Source: Octopus bimaculoides (taxonomy: Eukaryota). Taken from it: 64,000 nt of DNA. The stretch is from NCBI RefSeq assembly GCF_001194135.2, contig NC_068987.1, positions 18,401,441-18,465,440 of the forward strand. Direction: 5' to 3'. Below are positions 27,631 through 40,684 of this stretch, piece by piece. Numbering within the stretch: position 1 is the stretch's first letter; each line of letters starts with the position of its first letter. Position numbers and translations under genes: made by a program. The notes under the pieces are model-generated. The model was not told where the DNA came from. It was given only the letters and a program-made list of their open reading frames with translations, and did not search any database.

Positions 27631-28623
27631 TATATGAATATATGTCTTAATGAGAAATTTACTTAATGGATAAATGGTATTTTACACACAAGCATCTTTC
27701 TCTCTCCATATATATTATTTTACAACTAATACTCTGAAGTGCTGACAACACACACACACACACACACATTCATTTGTGAACACAAGGGTACAATATTTCT
27801 AGCCATCTCTTACTTTTCCCTAATACTTTTGCAGTCTTTATCCCACTCACCTATACTGATTTTCTGTCCCTGAACTCTCTTCTTCTCACTTTGAACCTTG
27901 TAGGTATACTCTGACACTTTATCACTCTTTCCAGCTCTACCTCAATTATTCTCATGATGATAAATGGGAGTGGGAGTGACTGAGTGGCACTAGAAAGAGG
28001 TGGAAATAGTGGTGATGAGGTGTCAGGGTAGACCCTCAGTGTTTGAGATGAGTAGAAGTGGGACACAAGGATCAGAATGGAAGTTGCAAGAGAGAGTATT
28101 GGGAAGGGGGGAGAAATGGGAAATGGATGAGGGAGTAGGTAGGTGACCTGACCACTGTAAAGATTAGGTAGGATTGAAGGGTAGATGTATCGAATGGTGA
28201 ATGATCAATGATGCAGAAATTTGGGGAGTACAAGGAGGTGGGGAAATAGAAGATGACTGACAGAGCAGAACAGCAGAATAGCAATCATTCAACGCCTGTT
28301 TTCCATGCTGGCATGAGTTGAATGGTTTGACCAGAGCTAGTAAAAAGGAGAGCTGCACTAGGTTCCAATCTGATTTGGCTTGGTCTCTACGACTGGATAT
28401 CCTTCTTAATACCAACTGCTTTACAGAGTGTATTGGATGCTTTTTATGTGGCACCAGCATAGGTGCTTTTACATGGTGCCCGGCACGGGCACTACTATGT
28501 GTCACCGACACAGGTCCTTTTTATGTGGCACTGGCAAAGAGTTCTTGCTGGTCAATCCTCTTCAGCGGGGGAAGTAACATCAAACAAATATAAGGTTCTG
28601 AAAATGCCTATGTTACACTTTAC

Positions 28624-28698
28624 CTCTTCACCAAGTTCATTTTTTACAATCTGCTGTGCTGACATAGTTTGAGATTTTGCTATTGCTTCAGCTAATAC
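28624..28698 (-). CDS. ARMC1: ARMC1 coding exon 7 (VLAEAIAKSQTMSAQQIVKNELGEE)
   Basis: TTTTCCAG| acceptor, GAG|GTAAAG donor, 75 nt, phase 0-0. Matches human [25 protein letters not shown]. Confidence 0.93.
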
Positions 28699-29976
28699 CT
28701 GGAAAAAAAAAGAAAAAAAAAATATGAACAAGAGTATAAATATAATACATATGACCCATGTAACAACATGTATATATAAGAATGCCCCCACGTGCGTGTG
28801 TGCGTGTGTGTGTGTGTGTGTACAAACATTGGCAGTTTCTCTTGTGACTGTTTGTATGGATTGATGCAGGACTGTGCCAAATGGTATGATGCTGTCAGGT
28901 AACCAACCCATGACGATTTTGAGAAACAGACATGAAATAATGATATCAATGACTAGGATTTCTATTAAGAATGCTTAATTATAACCGTTGCAGCTTAGCC
29001 CCAAATCAACCCTGACAGAGCAAATTTATGATCAAACGGATTCCAACCATGACCTTCTTTGTTTTTTTTTCTTTTTTGTGTAGACATGATGTGTCAGTCT
29101 TTGAATGGTAGGGTATGTGGTTTGAGGGAAATTGGCTGTTGTTTCTAACAAATGAAGCAACCATGTGGCAGTTTGTATCAAATGTAATAGTTACTATATT
29201 TAATGTTGGAACACCTGGCAACAAGAGAAAATGAGCACCATCATCACCATCCACTTTTTCCATGTATGCATGGGTCAAAGTTTGTTCTGACAGATTTTCT
29301 ACGTCTGGATGCCCTTGCTGTCACCAGCCCTCACCTGTATCCAAGCAAGGTTATGTTTTCCCCATGACCAGACATGTTTGTTCATTTAAGAATAGAAATG
29401 AACACCACTGCTTATATGTTCATGTACAATCATGTGTTGTCAAAAGAAGGGTACACACAAAACGCACACAACAGGTTTCTTTCAGTTTCCAATGACCAAA
29501 TCCACTCACAAGGCTTTGGTCAGCCCAGAAGTATAGAAGACAGCACTCACCCAAGGTGTTGTGCAATGGTACTGAACCCAAGATCACATGGTTAAGAAGA
29601 GTCTTAACCACACTGCCATGTTTGCACCTATTACTCTGCAATATCTGTGTATAAAGTCTATTCTCCATGCTGGCATGGGTTGGACTGTCTAACAGGAACC
29701 ACCAAGCCAGAGAAGTGTGTTGAGCTCCAATGTCAGCTTTGACATAGTTTGTATGTCTGAATATCCTTCTTAACACTGACCACTTTACAAAGAGTACAAG
29801 GTGTACTGTCACCAAGTAACACACAAGGCAAGACCTTTTGACCGAGTGGGGTTATAGTATTGAGAGAGGTGGCTTTACATCAGGTGTTATGGGGGTTAAG
29901 GTATTACAGGAGGACAAACGTGTGTTTGTGTGTGATCAAAACTGCAAAACACACATCTGTATCATATTTGTGTGTG

Positions 29977-30358
29977 TGTTGGCACTCAGTCGCTTACAAC
30001 GTAGAGGGTTCCAGTTGATCCGATCAACGGAACAGCCTGCTCGTGAAATTAACGTGCAAGCGGCTGAGCACTCCACAGACACGTGTACCCTTAACGTAGT
30101 TCTTGGGGATATTCAGCGTGACACAGTGTGACAAGGCTGGCCCTTTGAATTACAGGCACAACAGAAACAGGAATTAAGAGTGAGAGAAAGTTGTGGTGAA
30201 AGAGTACAGCAGGGTTCGCCACCATCCCCTGCCAGAGCCTCGTGGTGCTTTAGGTGTTTTCGCTCAATAAACACTCACAACGCCCGGTCTGGGAATCGAA
30301 ACAGCGATCCTATGACCGCGAGTCCGCTGCCCTAACCACTGGGCCATTGCGCCTCCAC
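29977..30358 (-). mobile_element. tRNA-derived SINE, family E, full length
   Basis: Minus-strand head GTGGAGGCGCAATGGCCCAGTGGTTAGGGCAGCGGACTCGCGG...TTTCGATTCCC, CpG-rich body, (CA)n-like tail. Confidence 0.8.
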
Positions 30359-30400
30359 TGTATCAGATTAGAAAGAAATGAATCAATTTAAACTGCTCAC

Positions 30401-30517
30401 CTCAGGTTGTACTTTTGAAAGAGTCCTCACGGTGCAACGGGATTTGTTCATATCAAAGATTATGCTGATGACACCTTTAACTTTGATAAGGAGACAGGTA
30501 CATAATTCACGATCATG
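30401..30517 (-). CDS. ARMC1: ARMC1 coding exon 6 (HDRELCTCLLIKVKGVISIIFDMNKSRCTVRTLSKVQPE)
   Basis: TTTACAG| acceptor, GAG|GTGAGC donor, 117 nt, phase 0-0. Matches human [30 protein letters not shown]. Confidence 0.92.
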
Positions 30518-30652
30518 CTGTAAATTAGAAAACAAAAGCAGGAGTCAACTGAAATACCTTCGTTTACATATTTAACCCTTCTGGAGAGTTATGGGCAATC
30601 ACTTTCACCCAACCAAATCCATAAGAAACTAACAAAAACTCCTCAAACTTAC

Positions 30653-30746
30653 CTTATCAAAAAGTCCTTTTAATTGGAACAGTATTGTTTTGTATTTACT
30701 GTTGTGAGTACTAGAAGAATGATCAGTTTTGGATAGATTACTTCTT
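30653..30746 (-). CDS. ARMC1: ARMC1 coding exon 5 (RSNLSKTDHSSSTHNSKYKTILFQLKGLFDK)
   Basis: TTTTTCAG| acceptor, AAG|GTAAGT donor, 94 nt, phase 2-0. Resembles human NKRAKTVVLHIDGLDD, the start of the HMA-like domain. Confidence 0.88.
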
Positions 30747-31198
30747 CTGAAAAATAAAATTTACCAAAACTATTTAAGAAGTTTCAAAGGATTTCAATTT
30801 TTCTTTAATATTTGTTAGTTTATGGTTTCTTCCACAATTACAGCTCGAATTTTGATCAACTTGATTGTACAGTGGGCTGTTATATAAATGTTATGTTCTT
30901 CATGATAAAAGTAGGAAATTCCCAGCTATAATTAACCCTTTTGATACCAACCCACATGAGGGCACCACTTAGTTCTATGATAATATCCTTCCTATTTTAA
31001 AATGGCTTCTATCATGGTAATTTATGTTGCAGACACCAGCTTAATAATGGCAATGTTATTTTACAAAATTCTTCAGTATTTTCAAAATGAATTGAAACAA
31101 AGGCAGCGTATCAGGAACAGTTTTAGAAGTAGTAAAAATAAAAAAAGAAAGGTATATCATGAAAAATCAGACCACAGAAATTAATTAACACTAAATAC

Positions 31199-31312
31199 CT
31201 GTTATTTTTAGGAGTTTGATAAATATTAGTTTTAGCAGGGTTGACAACAGGAGTGTTCTGTAGAGCTTCATATAGCTTCATAGCTTTATTACAAATATCT
31301 TCATTTGGAGAT
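31199..31312 (-). CDS. ARMC1: ARMC1 coding exon 4 (SPNEDICNKAMKLYEALQNTPVVNPAKTNIYQTPKNN)
   Basis: TATAG| acceptor, AG|GTATTT donor, 114 nt, phase 2-2, open frame. Resembles human ETKLLASEIYDILQ. Confidence 0.75.
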
Positions 31313-31410
31313 CTATATAAATATATATAGAGAGAAAGATAAGATAAAATAAATTATATAATAAAACAAAGATAATGGTGATAATGTTGATTTATATATA
31401 TATATATATA

Positions 31411-31611
31411 CAAGGGGGTGCCGAAAAGTTCCTGACTCTGGATAAAAGAAAATACAGGAGGATCAGTTATGATTTTATTCAATATATCTCCCTCTCAGAT
31501 TCACACACTTATTGCAGCAGTCCTTCAGTTTTTCTAAGCCCTGTAAAAGAACTGAGAAGGTTGGGCATCCAGCCAAGTCTTTCACAATACTCTTAAAGCC
31601 AGCACCCCTCA
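31411..31611. mobile_element. mariner-type MITE inserted in (TA)n
   Basis: TA|CAAGGGGGTGCCGAAAAGTTCCTG start and a partly deleted inverted end AAAGCC-AGCACCCCTC|ATA. Confidence 0.6.
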
Positions 31612-32000
31612 TATATTTGGAATGGTGCTCAAAGCAGATAAATCCTTTTCTATCCAAAGGGTCTTTTAACTCAATATTTACATGCTAATCTCAAAAACGT
31701 ACCTGGAAGCCAATAAATAACGAAGTAGAAAGATCAAATAAAATACATGTGAAAATATGTACAAACTATTTATTAAAACAGATATAAGCTAATAATTTTA
31801 AAAAATGCTTTTGCATGTTACATTGTTTATTTGAGTAGGGTCATATGTCTTGGAACCAATTGAGGTATACCTATATACTGTCAACTTGTATGCTGGAAAA
31901 TATGATAAATAAGGGAGATGGAAAGGATTGGTAGAAAACAAAAAACAACGACAAAAGGATGAAATATGAGAAATTGGTAAAGTGTGTAAAAGAATCTTAC

Positions 32001-32089
32001 TGGAGGATTTCTTCAAGTTGCATTTGAAGGTAATTATTCTCAATGAGTTGGGTTCTACCTTCTGGACATTCCGATAACAGAAGAAAGAT
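32001..32089 (-). CDS. ARMC1: ARMC1 coding exon 3 (IFLLLSECPEGRTQLIENNYLQMQLEEIL)
   Basis: TTTCTAG| acceptor, |GTAAGA donor, 89 nt, phase 0-2. Resembles human ALRYLAECRANREKM. Confidence 0.85.
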
Positions 32090-33360
32090 CTAGAAACAGA
32101 AGAGCAATAATGATATTAGAACTGATACAACATAATCATCATTTAACGTCTGTTGTCCATGCTGGCGTGGGTTGGACAGTTTGACTGGACTGGCACACTA
32201 GAAGGCTGCACCAGGCTCCTGTCTGATTTGGCATAGTTTTCTATGGCTGGATGCCCTTCCTAACACTAGCCACTCCGAGTGTGTAATGGGTTCTTTTATG
32301 TGCCACCGGTATCTACCATGACTACGATTTTACTCAGCTTGAAGAGTTTTCTTCTCAAGCATGACATAATGCCAAAGGTCTTGGTCATTGCCTCCTTGAG
32401 GCCCAATACACGAAAGGAGCTTGACCACTTTGCCTCCATGAAACCCAATGCTCGAAAGGAACTCAGCTACTTTGCCTCCATGAGGCCCAGAGAAGATAAT
32501 TAACTCAATGATGATGGTGACGATTTTGTTATAGGACTCTTCATCTCTGCAAAGCAATTCACCTAAGAGAAGGCTACTCCAGTGTCGGATCTACAGCTTG
32601 CTGGTCATCACAGCTGTCTAAGTCCACTGAGCCATTGTGGTCAAACCTCCAGGTCTATAGAGTGGGATGAGATTGCATGGACTGGCTCTCACTTTAAAAC
32701 TACAAACACAAGCAAGAAGAAAAGTCCTGCAGCATTAAAAAACAAGTTACATAGCCACTTAAGGGTGTGTCACTCTTCTTAATATTTGGACATGTAGAAC
32801 TGCCATCTTCACATTATCCAGATCATTATTTTTTAAAAGAATAGTTGAGTCTATCTGGCTTTTAAGTGTATTTTATTTGAGTGCTATGTAGTTTCCTTCA
32901 ACTCCATCTATCATTAATTTTCATTCTGTTTACATACACAATTTTGAAATATTTGTCATTAAAACCAGATACATACAGCATACTTGTTTCTTTAGAACCA
33001 ATGGTAGAATCAACTACACTATTCTAATATATCTGAAAACTGAAAGATAGGTTGATACATACAGCAACCCTAAACATAAATGGATCAAAAAGGATAGTGA
33101 AATTATAGGCGAGAGCCTATAACCCAGAGCACAGTCAAGACTGCAACCACATATTTAAGTAGATCAAACACTTGAAAAAAGTTTCACATTTTGACTCAAT
33201 GTTATGATATGCTAAACAGGAAATCCAGTATGTTGACAGCATGCAGGCATATGAAGAAATCCTAGAAATGTTCAGTTATATACCAGGTAAACATCTCCAC
33301 AATCACTTGAACATTGGAGAGAGAGAGAGAGGAGAAGGTAGACGGATGAAATCAACTGAC

Positions 33361-33435
33361 CTCCAATGTTGATATTATCACAGTTTCTGATTCATTGCTA
33401 AGTAGAAGAACAAGTCCATCAATCAATGTTTTGTC
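33361..33435 (-). CDS. ARMC1: ARMC1 coding exon 2 (DKTLIDGLVLLLSNESETVIISTLE)
   Basis: TATAG| acceptor, GAG|GTCAGT donor, 75 nt, phase 0-0. Resembles human [25 protein letters not shown]. Confidence 0.85.
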
Positions 33436-35542
33436 CTATATAGAAATATAATGAAGAAAATAAGTTCTGGAAACGACATTTTCAGACTTCATTTAATGAC
33501 AGACATAGAAAAAAAGCAAAATTAACAAAACACAATGTCACCAATCATCAACATCATGGGTTAACCCAAATTAAAGATATACCCAAGCTCAACAGTATGG
33601 CATTCATAACCATTTGGCCCCTTATTTTTTAAAGACATATCTACTTAGGACTATATTATCCAATGCAACCTCTATTTTATTAAAAAAAAAAAAAAAAAAA
33701 AAAAAGGCAGGTGTGATTTAAGGGAGACTTAGCGAAGGTTGAAGGACTACACAGAGGATCTTGTTGGCTCATCAAATGTAAAATAAATACAGTAGTTCAT
33801 TTATTAAAATATCTCATCCTAACTCTTTAGTGATCAGATTATGTACTGGTGGCACATAAAAGGCACCCAGTACACACTGTTAAGTGGTTGGCATTATGAA
33901 GGGCATCCATCCATAGAAACCATACCTCAACAGACAACTGTAGTCTGGACAGCTCCCTGCTAGCCAGCTCCATGTCAAGCCAACCGATCCATGCCAGCAT
34001 GAAAGATGGACGTTAAATGATGTCACTAACCTTTACCTGTAGGGAATATTTTATTTTACATGGCTTTGAAAGCACAAAGCTAACAGATAACTTGTTGACA
34101 AGAAGCAACAGAAACATACATGTATATAAGTGTGTGTATGTGTCTTTTGTCTAGATATTACCTGCTACTTGTGAAAATGTGTCTAGTCATTGTGCTGTTC
34201 ACATTCAAAGTACTTGCTTGGAAAACAGGTGAGGATTGGTGACAGGAAGAACATCCAGCCACAGAAAATCTACCTCAACAAATTTTGTCTGACCCATGCA
34301 AGTATGGAAAAGTGGATACTAAAACAATGATGATATGATAATGATGATGAACTACAACAAAATTTATTTTTAAGCTGCCTCCTTAAATCAATCCCCTTCT
34401 TCAAAATCTCTATGCTTCCCTTTTACTATTTATTTATTAATTCATTTATTTTATAACCAGGGTTTGTAAATAAAAGGAGCTGATGGTTACAAGCCAATCA
34501 CCGACTCATTACATTTCTATGTGCCGGTGGCACGTAAAAGCACCCACTACACTCTCGGAGTGGTTGGCGTTAGGAAGGGCATCCAGCTGTAGAAACTCTG
34601 CTAGATCAGATTGGAGCCTGGTACAGCCATCTGGTTCGCCAGTCCTCAGTCAAATCGTGCAACCCATGCTAGCATGGAAAGCGGACGTTAAACGATGATG
34701 ATGTGACAAAGGAGTGTTCTCATCATCAGAAATGTGGAGACATGAAATGAAGGCGATTTGGCAACAATTTCAAAAGGTCAGACAACACATGTGGTATGTT
34801 AAAACTAGCTACATATGCTAGAAATAGTAGTCAAATCTCTACCCTAAAAAAATTGGAAGAACACATGAAAATATGGTTCAAGAAAACACAATGATCGTGT
34901 TTGGGAGGTCTCTGATAAGTTTGTCAGATTAAGACAGATACAGGGTTAAACAAATTCATACAAATACCATCACGCCAAGTAAAATCAGTCATGGCAGATA
35001 CTGGTATCATGCAAATGGCACCTGTGCTGGTGGCACATAAAAGCACCCATTACACTCTCAGAGTGATTGGCATTAGGAAGGGCATCCAGCTGTAGAAACC
35101 ATCCCAAATCAGACTGGAGTTTGGTGCAGCCTTCCAGCTCGCCAGCCCTGGTGAAACCATCCAACTCATGCCAGTATGGACAACGGATGTTAAATGATGA
35201 TGATGATGATAATGACTAAAATTTGCAGGGCTATCTCCCACATAATATTAAACAATTTGAGAGATTCAAAGATCACAAACCAAATGACTGATAGTTCTCA
35301 TGTTATTGAGAGAATATACACAACCAGTCTTAATGGTTCAGTCTGCTTAGCTGTGGGTAGGTGGCACCAAGTACTTCATCCCATTAAGACATGAAGAATG
35401 ACCTCAGGACACTGAAACTTTCAGGCAAGATGACAGGGGACGGAGATGCCCGATGCCTTGCTGTACTCCGGTTCCTCTGGTGGTGAAAGCACTCATGGCT
35501 GTAAAGTGGTTGGCATTAGGAAGGGCATTCAGCTATAGAAAC

Positions 35543-35786
35543 TGTTGTATTTCCCTCGGGTGACTCGCAGAGATAACACAACGAGTTATACAAATTTAAT
35601 TATTACATTTATTATTCAAACGCACTCACCCAATGTTCGTTATGAATAAACAAAAGTCATATATATCTCAATGACATTTTACTACAACAGTCCCACAAGA
35701 CAACAACAATGAAACAATGAACTCAGACGAACCACATTGACACACGGAACGTCAGACGAATTATATATCTAACAGTCCATATAACA
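35543..35786. mobile_element. Solo LTR, BEL/Pao-like, 244 bp
   Basis: TGTT...AACA termini with an exact 5-bp TSD GAAAC (35538-35542, 35787-35791). Splits a (GAT)n-tailed retroelement copy. Confidence 0.75.
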
Positions 35787-36494
35787 GAAACCATGCCAAG
35801 TCAGACTGAAGTCTGGTGCAGCTCCCCAGCTTTGGTCAAACCATCCAACAACCCATGCCAGCAAAGGACAACAGACATTAAATGATGATGATGTCACTGA
35901 ACTAACATACACTTCCAATCTTAAATGGTCCAATCCATTAAGGTGGGGATGACACAGAGTAGGAACACCAGAGAATAAAAAATACTAATTTTAAATGGTC
36001 CAGTCCATTTAGTTGTGAATAGAACAGAGTAGGACAAATGCAGTTTATGTCACTGAAGGAAATATAAATGGTCCAGTATATTAACTTGTAGGTAAGACAG
36101 TAAAATTCCAATGCTTATTAGAAATGGTAACACCAAAAAATTTACAAATGCTTTGGTTACTTGTAGTGCCAAATTCAACTTTTCCATGGGTACAGCCTGG
36201 AGAGATATGAACTCTACCAAACCGACTTACTTTATAACAGGCATTATATAAAAATTAAATTCTCAATAGTTCCTTTACAACTCAAAATACATAACCGGGT
36301 TGCTTTCAATTGTATCTGCTTCATTATGACAGTGGGGTTAAACAAAAACATAATAAAAAATAAAGAAGCGTCTGTGCAGTTGCTTGACCTGCTAGAAATA
36401 GCAGTTAAATCTCTCGCAGAGCACATCTTAACAAAAAAGGCGGAATAACTCATGAGACTGAGAAGATAATTAAATAACAAGAGATAGACTGTAC

Positions 36495-36569
36495 CTGGAG
36501 GAGCATACTTCTCTGTTTAGGGTCAACAGCAAATAATTTCAGAGAATCGAGAGAGTCGAGGGAGATCAT
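36495..36569 (-). CDS. ARMC1: ARMC1 coding exon 1 (MISLDSLDSLKLFAVDPKQRSMLLQ)
   Basis: ATG at 36569, 75 nt, ends CAG|GTACAG (phase 0). Resembles the recalled human ARMC1 N-terminus ([24 protein letters not shown]). The start codon is the least certain part. Confidence 0.75.
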
Positions 36570-39500
36570 TTTGGTAGTTTTTCTGAAATGTATTGCAGAA
36601 TTAAGGATACTTTTGATTTCACTATCATATAATAGATTTGAAGAAGGTGAATACCAAAGCATACAATAGTACCAATAGTTAGTTAGTCTACATTACTCCA
36701 TGAGAAGCATAGGGCTGCAACCATTTCATGCCAGTAAATGCTATCTTGGGTTAGCTCTTTGATTTCAGACCAAGAGAGATCAGTTGCCATCACTTCATCC
36801 TACACACATCCTTTCCAGGTCTTCGTAGATTATCTAGTTTTCCTCTTTCTTAGTAAACATGGAGATATTTTTGGTAATAAATTCAGTATGTGTTAAATTT
36901 ACATATCTTATAAGAGCCTCTATCTGGTTAGAAAGCAGCCGCATTTTTGTACAATTATACTCCACCATCTTACAAAAAACCCATACACACTGGATAATGT
37001 AGTCCCATATACTCCTAAAACTTAATCTGTCGCTCATTTGAACACCATCATCTGGTTCTATGGGTGTATTTAGCAGAGTCCACTCTGTTGTAAGCATTCA
37101 GGACAAGGTTTCTGGTTATAGCATAACTTCCTCCTTCCCTCTCACCAGTCATGACAAGAATAAATAAATATAATATAATATGTGTGTGTGTGAAGGTGCA
37201 TAGCTCAGTGGTTCGTGTGCTGGGCTCACAATCATGAGATAGTGAGTTCGATTCACAGACCGGGCTGTGTTGCGTTCTTGAGCAAGACACTTTATTTCAC
37301 ATTGCTCCAGTTCACTCAGCTGTAGAAATGAGTTGCGACGTCACTGGTGCCAAGCTGTATCGGCCTATGCCCTCCCCTTGGGCAACACTGGTGGCATAGA
37401 GTGGGGAGACTGGTATGCATGGGCGACTGTTGGTCTTCCATAAACCTTGGCTGGACCTGTACCTCGGAGGGTAACTTTCTAGGTGCAATCCCATGGTCAT
37501 TCATGACTGAAGGGGGGGGAGGGGTTTACCCTTTTAAATATATATATATTCTTTTATTTGTTTCAGTCAGTTGTCAAGTGATGGTGGAGGGACAAACACA
37601 GACACACACGACAGGCTTCTTTCAGTTTCCGTCTACCAAATCTACTCACAAGGCTTTGGTCAGCCCGAGGTTGTAGTAGAAGACACTTACCTGAGGTGCC
37701 ACGCAGTGAGACTGAACCCGGAACAATGTGGTTGATAAGCAAGCTACTTTATTTCAATAAATTTGCCATGTAGGCATAATACAGAGGGGACGAACAAGGA
37801 CAGACTAACATACAATGGTGAAGTAGCTTAAAGCGCTATTATAAATCGATTAAAAATATGAAAAATTTAAAATTAAAAAAAAATAAAAAACATTGCGTTA
37901 TGCAATGTGATACTGAAGGAAAGGCGTCCAACATCAGGGTAGGGACTTTGATTCTCTTCCAGGGCTCCACTTACTTGGTGCCAATCACCAAGATTTCTTC
38001 TTCGAAATTTCACTCACAAATCACTGCTCAATCCGAGGTTATAATAGAAAATATCTGCTGAAAGTATCACGCAGTGGGATTGAACTTGAAACCTCGTGAC
38101 AGGGAAGCGAACTTCATACTCAATTAGCATCATGAACGACTAGAAATAATCCGTTATTACATTTACAACTTTTGCATCTTCCATTATAATTTCATTTATA
38201 ATTTCGTTTTTTTTTTTTGTCGATTATTGTACTTAAAATATCGGTCCTCCATGGGTAAAAGGCAAACGTGAAGCCACCTGGTCGCGAAAAATCAACAAAC
38301 ATTTCTAAAGCGTCTGTATTAACCCCACCTCTCATTACAATAGTCCTTCGAAATTAAAGTTTGATCGTTTCTAAAAAGCACAATGGTTTGCACGGCCACT
38401 GTCCAACAAACAAAGGTACCTACTCCTCAGGTAAGTAACGTGGCCACAACTGACTTCCCGGAACTAATACATAAGTTTCAACTCGACTCTCCTAAGTGTA
38501 AAGTAACCAGCACAAATGTTTAGGTATTCAACTACTGACCCTATGGCGTGTCTCGCAATACATTTCAATACTCCCAAATGATATAAACACTAGTTGTAAA
38601 TAGGTACAGTAAACAGTGGTGGCCCTATTTGACGAGTGCTTTTTAAAATTTGCAATACTGAAACCACGTCATCCATCTGGAAGAGAAATAACTAACTGCA
38701 TTATTGATTTGCCCTTAAGAGGTTTCAAGTGACCCTTCAGCTTAATGAGTCCTGCCACGAAATGAAATGCATGTAATATATAAACTCATGACTCTTGTTA
38801 AAGTAGTTATCCGATTTATTGTTACATAAAAACACATTGAACAAACATATTGGGTTTATTTTTCTAATTTTTTCAGTATCATAGCCAGCATTTCCGACAG
38901 TCGCAAATATGTTGGCAATGTTTACCTGACAATCAAATATCATGCCTCATTTATTCGTCTTTCGCACCAATTCTTATTAGAATTATGGATGCATCATATG
39001 TAAAGTATATTAATATAAAATGTTGTTTTTGTGGTAAAATATTTCGTGGCGAACCAAAAGGTCAAGGCTAGGGTAAGAAAAACCAGCCCATATTTCTTTT
39101 GAGAAAGGCAATCACCTCTACGGCTAAAAATGAACTACTAAGTTTATTTGATAAATCCATCAGCAGTAAAGGATAAATTGGAGGCAGCAAAATACTAAAT
39201 AATAGTATCTAGATGAATGAACGAGTTATATAAGTAGAAGAGGACGATCCATTCTGCATAAATATACGTATACACACACACCCTAGGTCAAAGTTATTGC
39301 ATAATTACAGAAGTAAACAAAAAAGCATAAAAAAAAAATAGCATGGATTTACAAATACATACATGCATTAAACTTTCTATAATCTGGAAGAGTTCAGATT
39401 AATAAATAACTACACTCTTTCTCTTAATATAGATTACATCATCAAATATATTTGTATACATACCACGCTGAAAATAGTTTAATACACGAAAATCAACTTC

Positions 39501-39720
39501 TCTCTTTTTCTTGGCCTTGACTAATTTTTGATGAGGCTTGAACTTGTTACTAATTTCAATGTATATATATATATATATATATGTAGATGAAAAAAAACAG
39601 GAAGTAGAGATAAATAAATTACATTAATTAAAACGTGAAAACATTGTTATTAATTACTAATAGCAAACATGACACTAAGTCGAAATGTTGTCTTGCTGAG
39701 TTATAAATAATTTTACGCCT

Positions 39721-39800
39721 TTTGATTGGTTGATTTTGTCAACGGTTAAAGCTTCTGCTTATTTGATTGGTCAATTTCTCAATACTCATTGACATGCGCG
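39721..39800. promoter_or_regulatory. Candidate shared ARMC1/MTFR promoter with paired CCAAT boxes
   Basis: TTTGATTGG twice (ATTGG at 39725-39729 and 39766-39770), followed by CATGCGCG, with a plus-strand donor AG|GTAAGT at 39962/39963. Lies between the two divergent genes. Confidence 0.45.
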
Positions 39801-40638
39801 CTAAATTCAACTTCACCAAATGAAACTTATCTTTTATTTACCAAAATATTTTCTAATGGATAATGTCATTTTATAATTGTTTTAACATGGTGTGTCTAAT
39901 TCTTCCGATGTTTTAAGCACATAACGAAATAACAACACCATCAGTTTATTTTTATATCATAGGTAAGTAACCAAGTGCTGGTATGTAATCGCTGTTTTCG
40001 TGCACGTGTTTAAACTCTTATTTACTCCTTTAATATGTTGTACGTTCTGGGTTCAAGCCCTGCCGAAATTAACTTTGCATTCCAATGCTCTGAGGGGTCG
40101 ATAGCATCGACTAACACTCTCCTCTGAAAATTGCTAACCCTGTGCATATTTTTTTTAATGACTCTATGACACTTCGTTGGTCTAATTGTTTCCGTTTTCA
40201 GAACACAATCAAAATACCTTACCCTATAGGCTTAATGTTTTTTTTTTAAGCGAACCTAGATCCCTTACGGTATTTAGTTCGAGTAATATTCAGTATCTAA
40301 GAAAAGTGTTGATAGCTTACAGCATCAACAATTAACATGATGGCAAGTTCAAGATGAATTTAATGTCCGTGAGGTACGAAAAAAAATGTTTATATATTTA
40401 GTTCGAATCGACTTGCTTAGTTTCTCAATTTAAAATTTCTCCTCAACATAAGATAATGTAATCGTAGGTACAATATGCCTGAAAATAACATGGGATGGTC
40501 TTGTCTGGAAAGTCTTTGATCATAGGTTTGTTTGATTAGGGTCTACGTAGACTTTTCTTTTGAACTGTAGCAAAATAACTTAATGAACGTCATTTTGACG
40601 TTTACAAAGTAACTGATATTAGAAACATTTGATAAGAC

Positions 40639-40684
<46 letters not shown>

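Noticed and set aside
30401-30746. Metal binding by the ARMC1 HMA-like domain (CTC motif)
   Set aside because: The canonical GMxCxxC position reads GLFDKHD, and the CTC lies in the following helix.
36244-36480. Minus-strand ORF next to ARMC1 exon 1
   Set aside because: Contains the dispersed GCTAGAAATAGCAG-AAATCTC repeat. The true next exon is 33361-33435.
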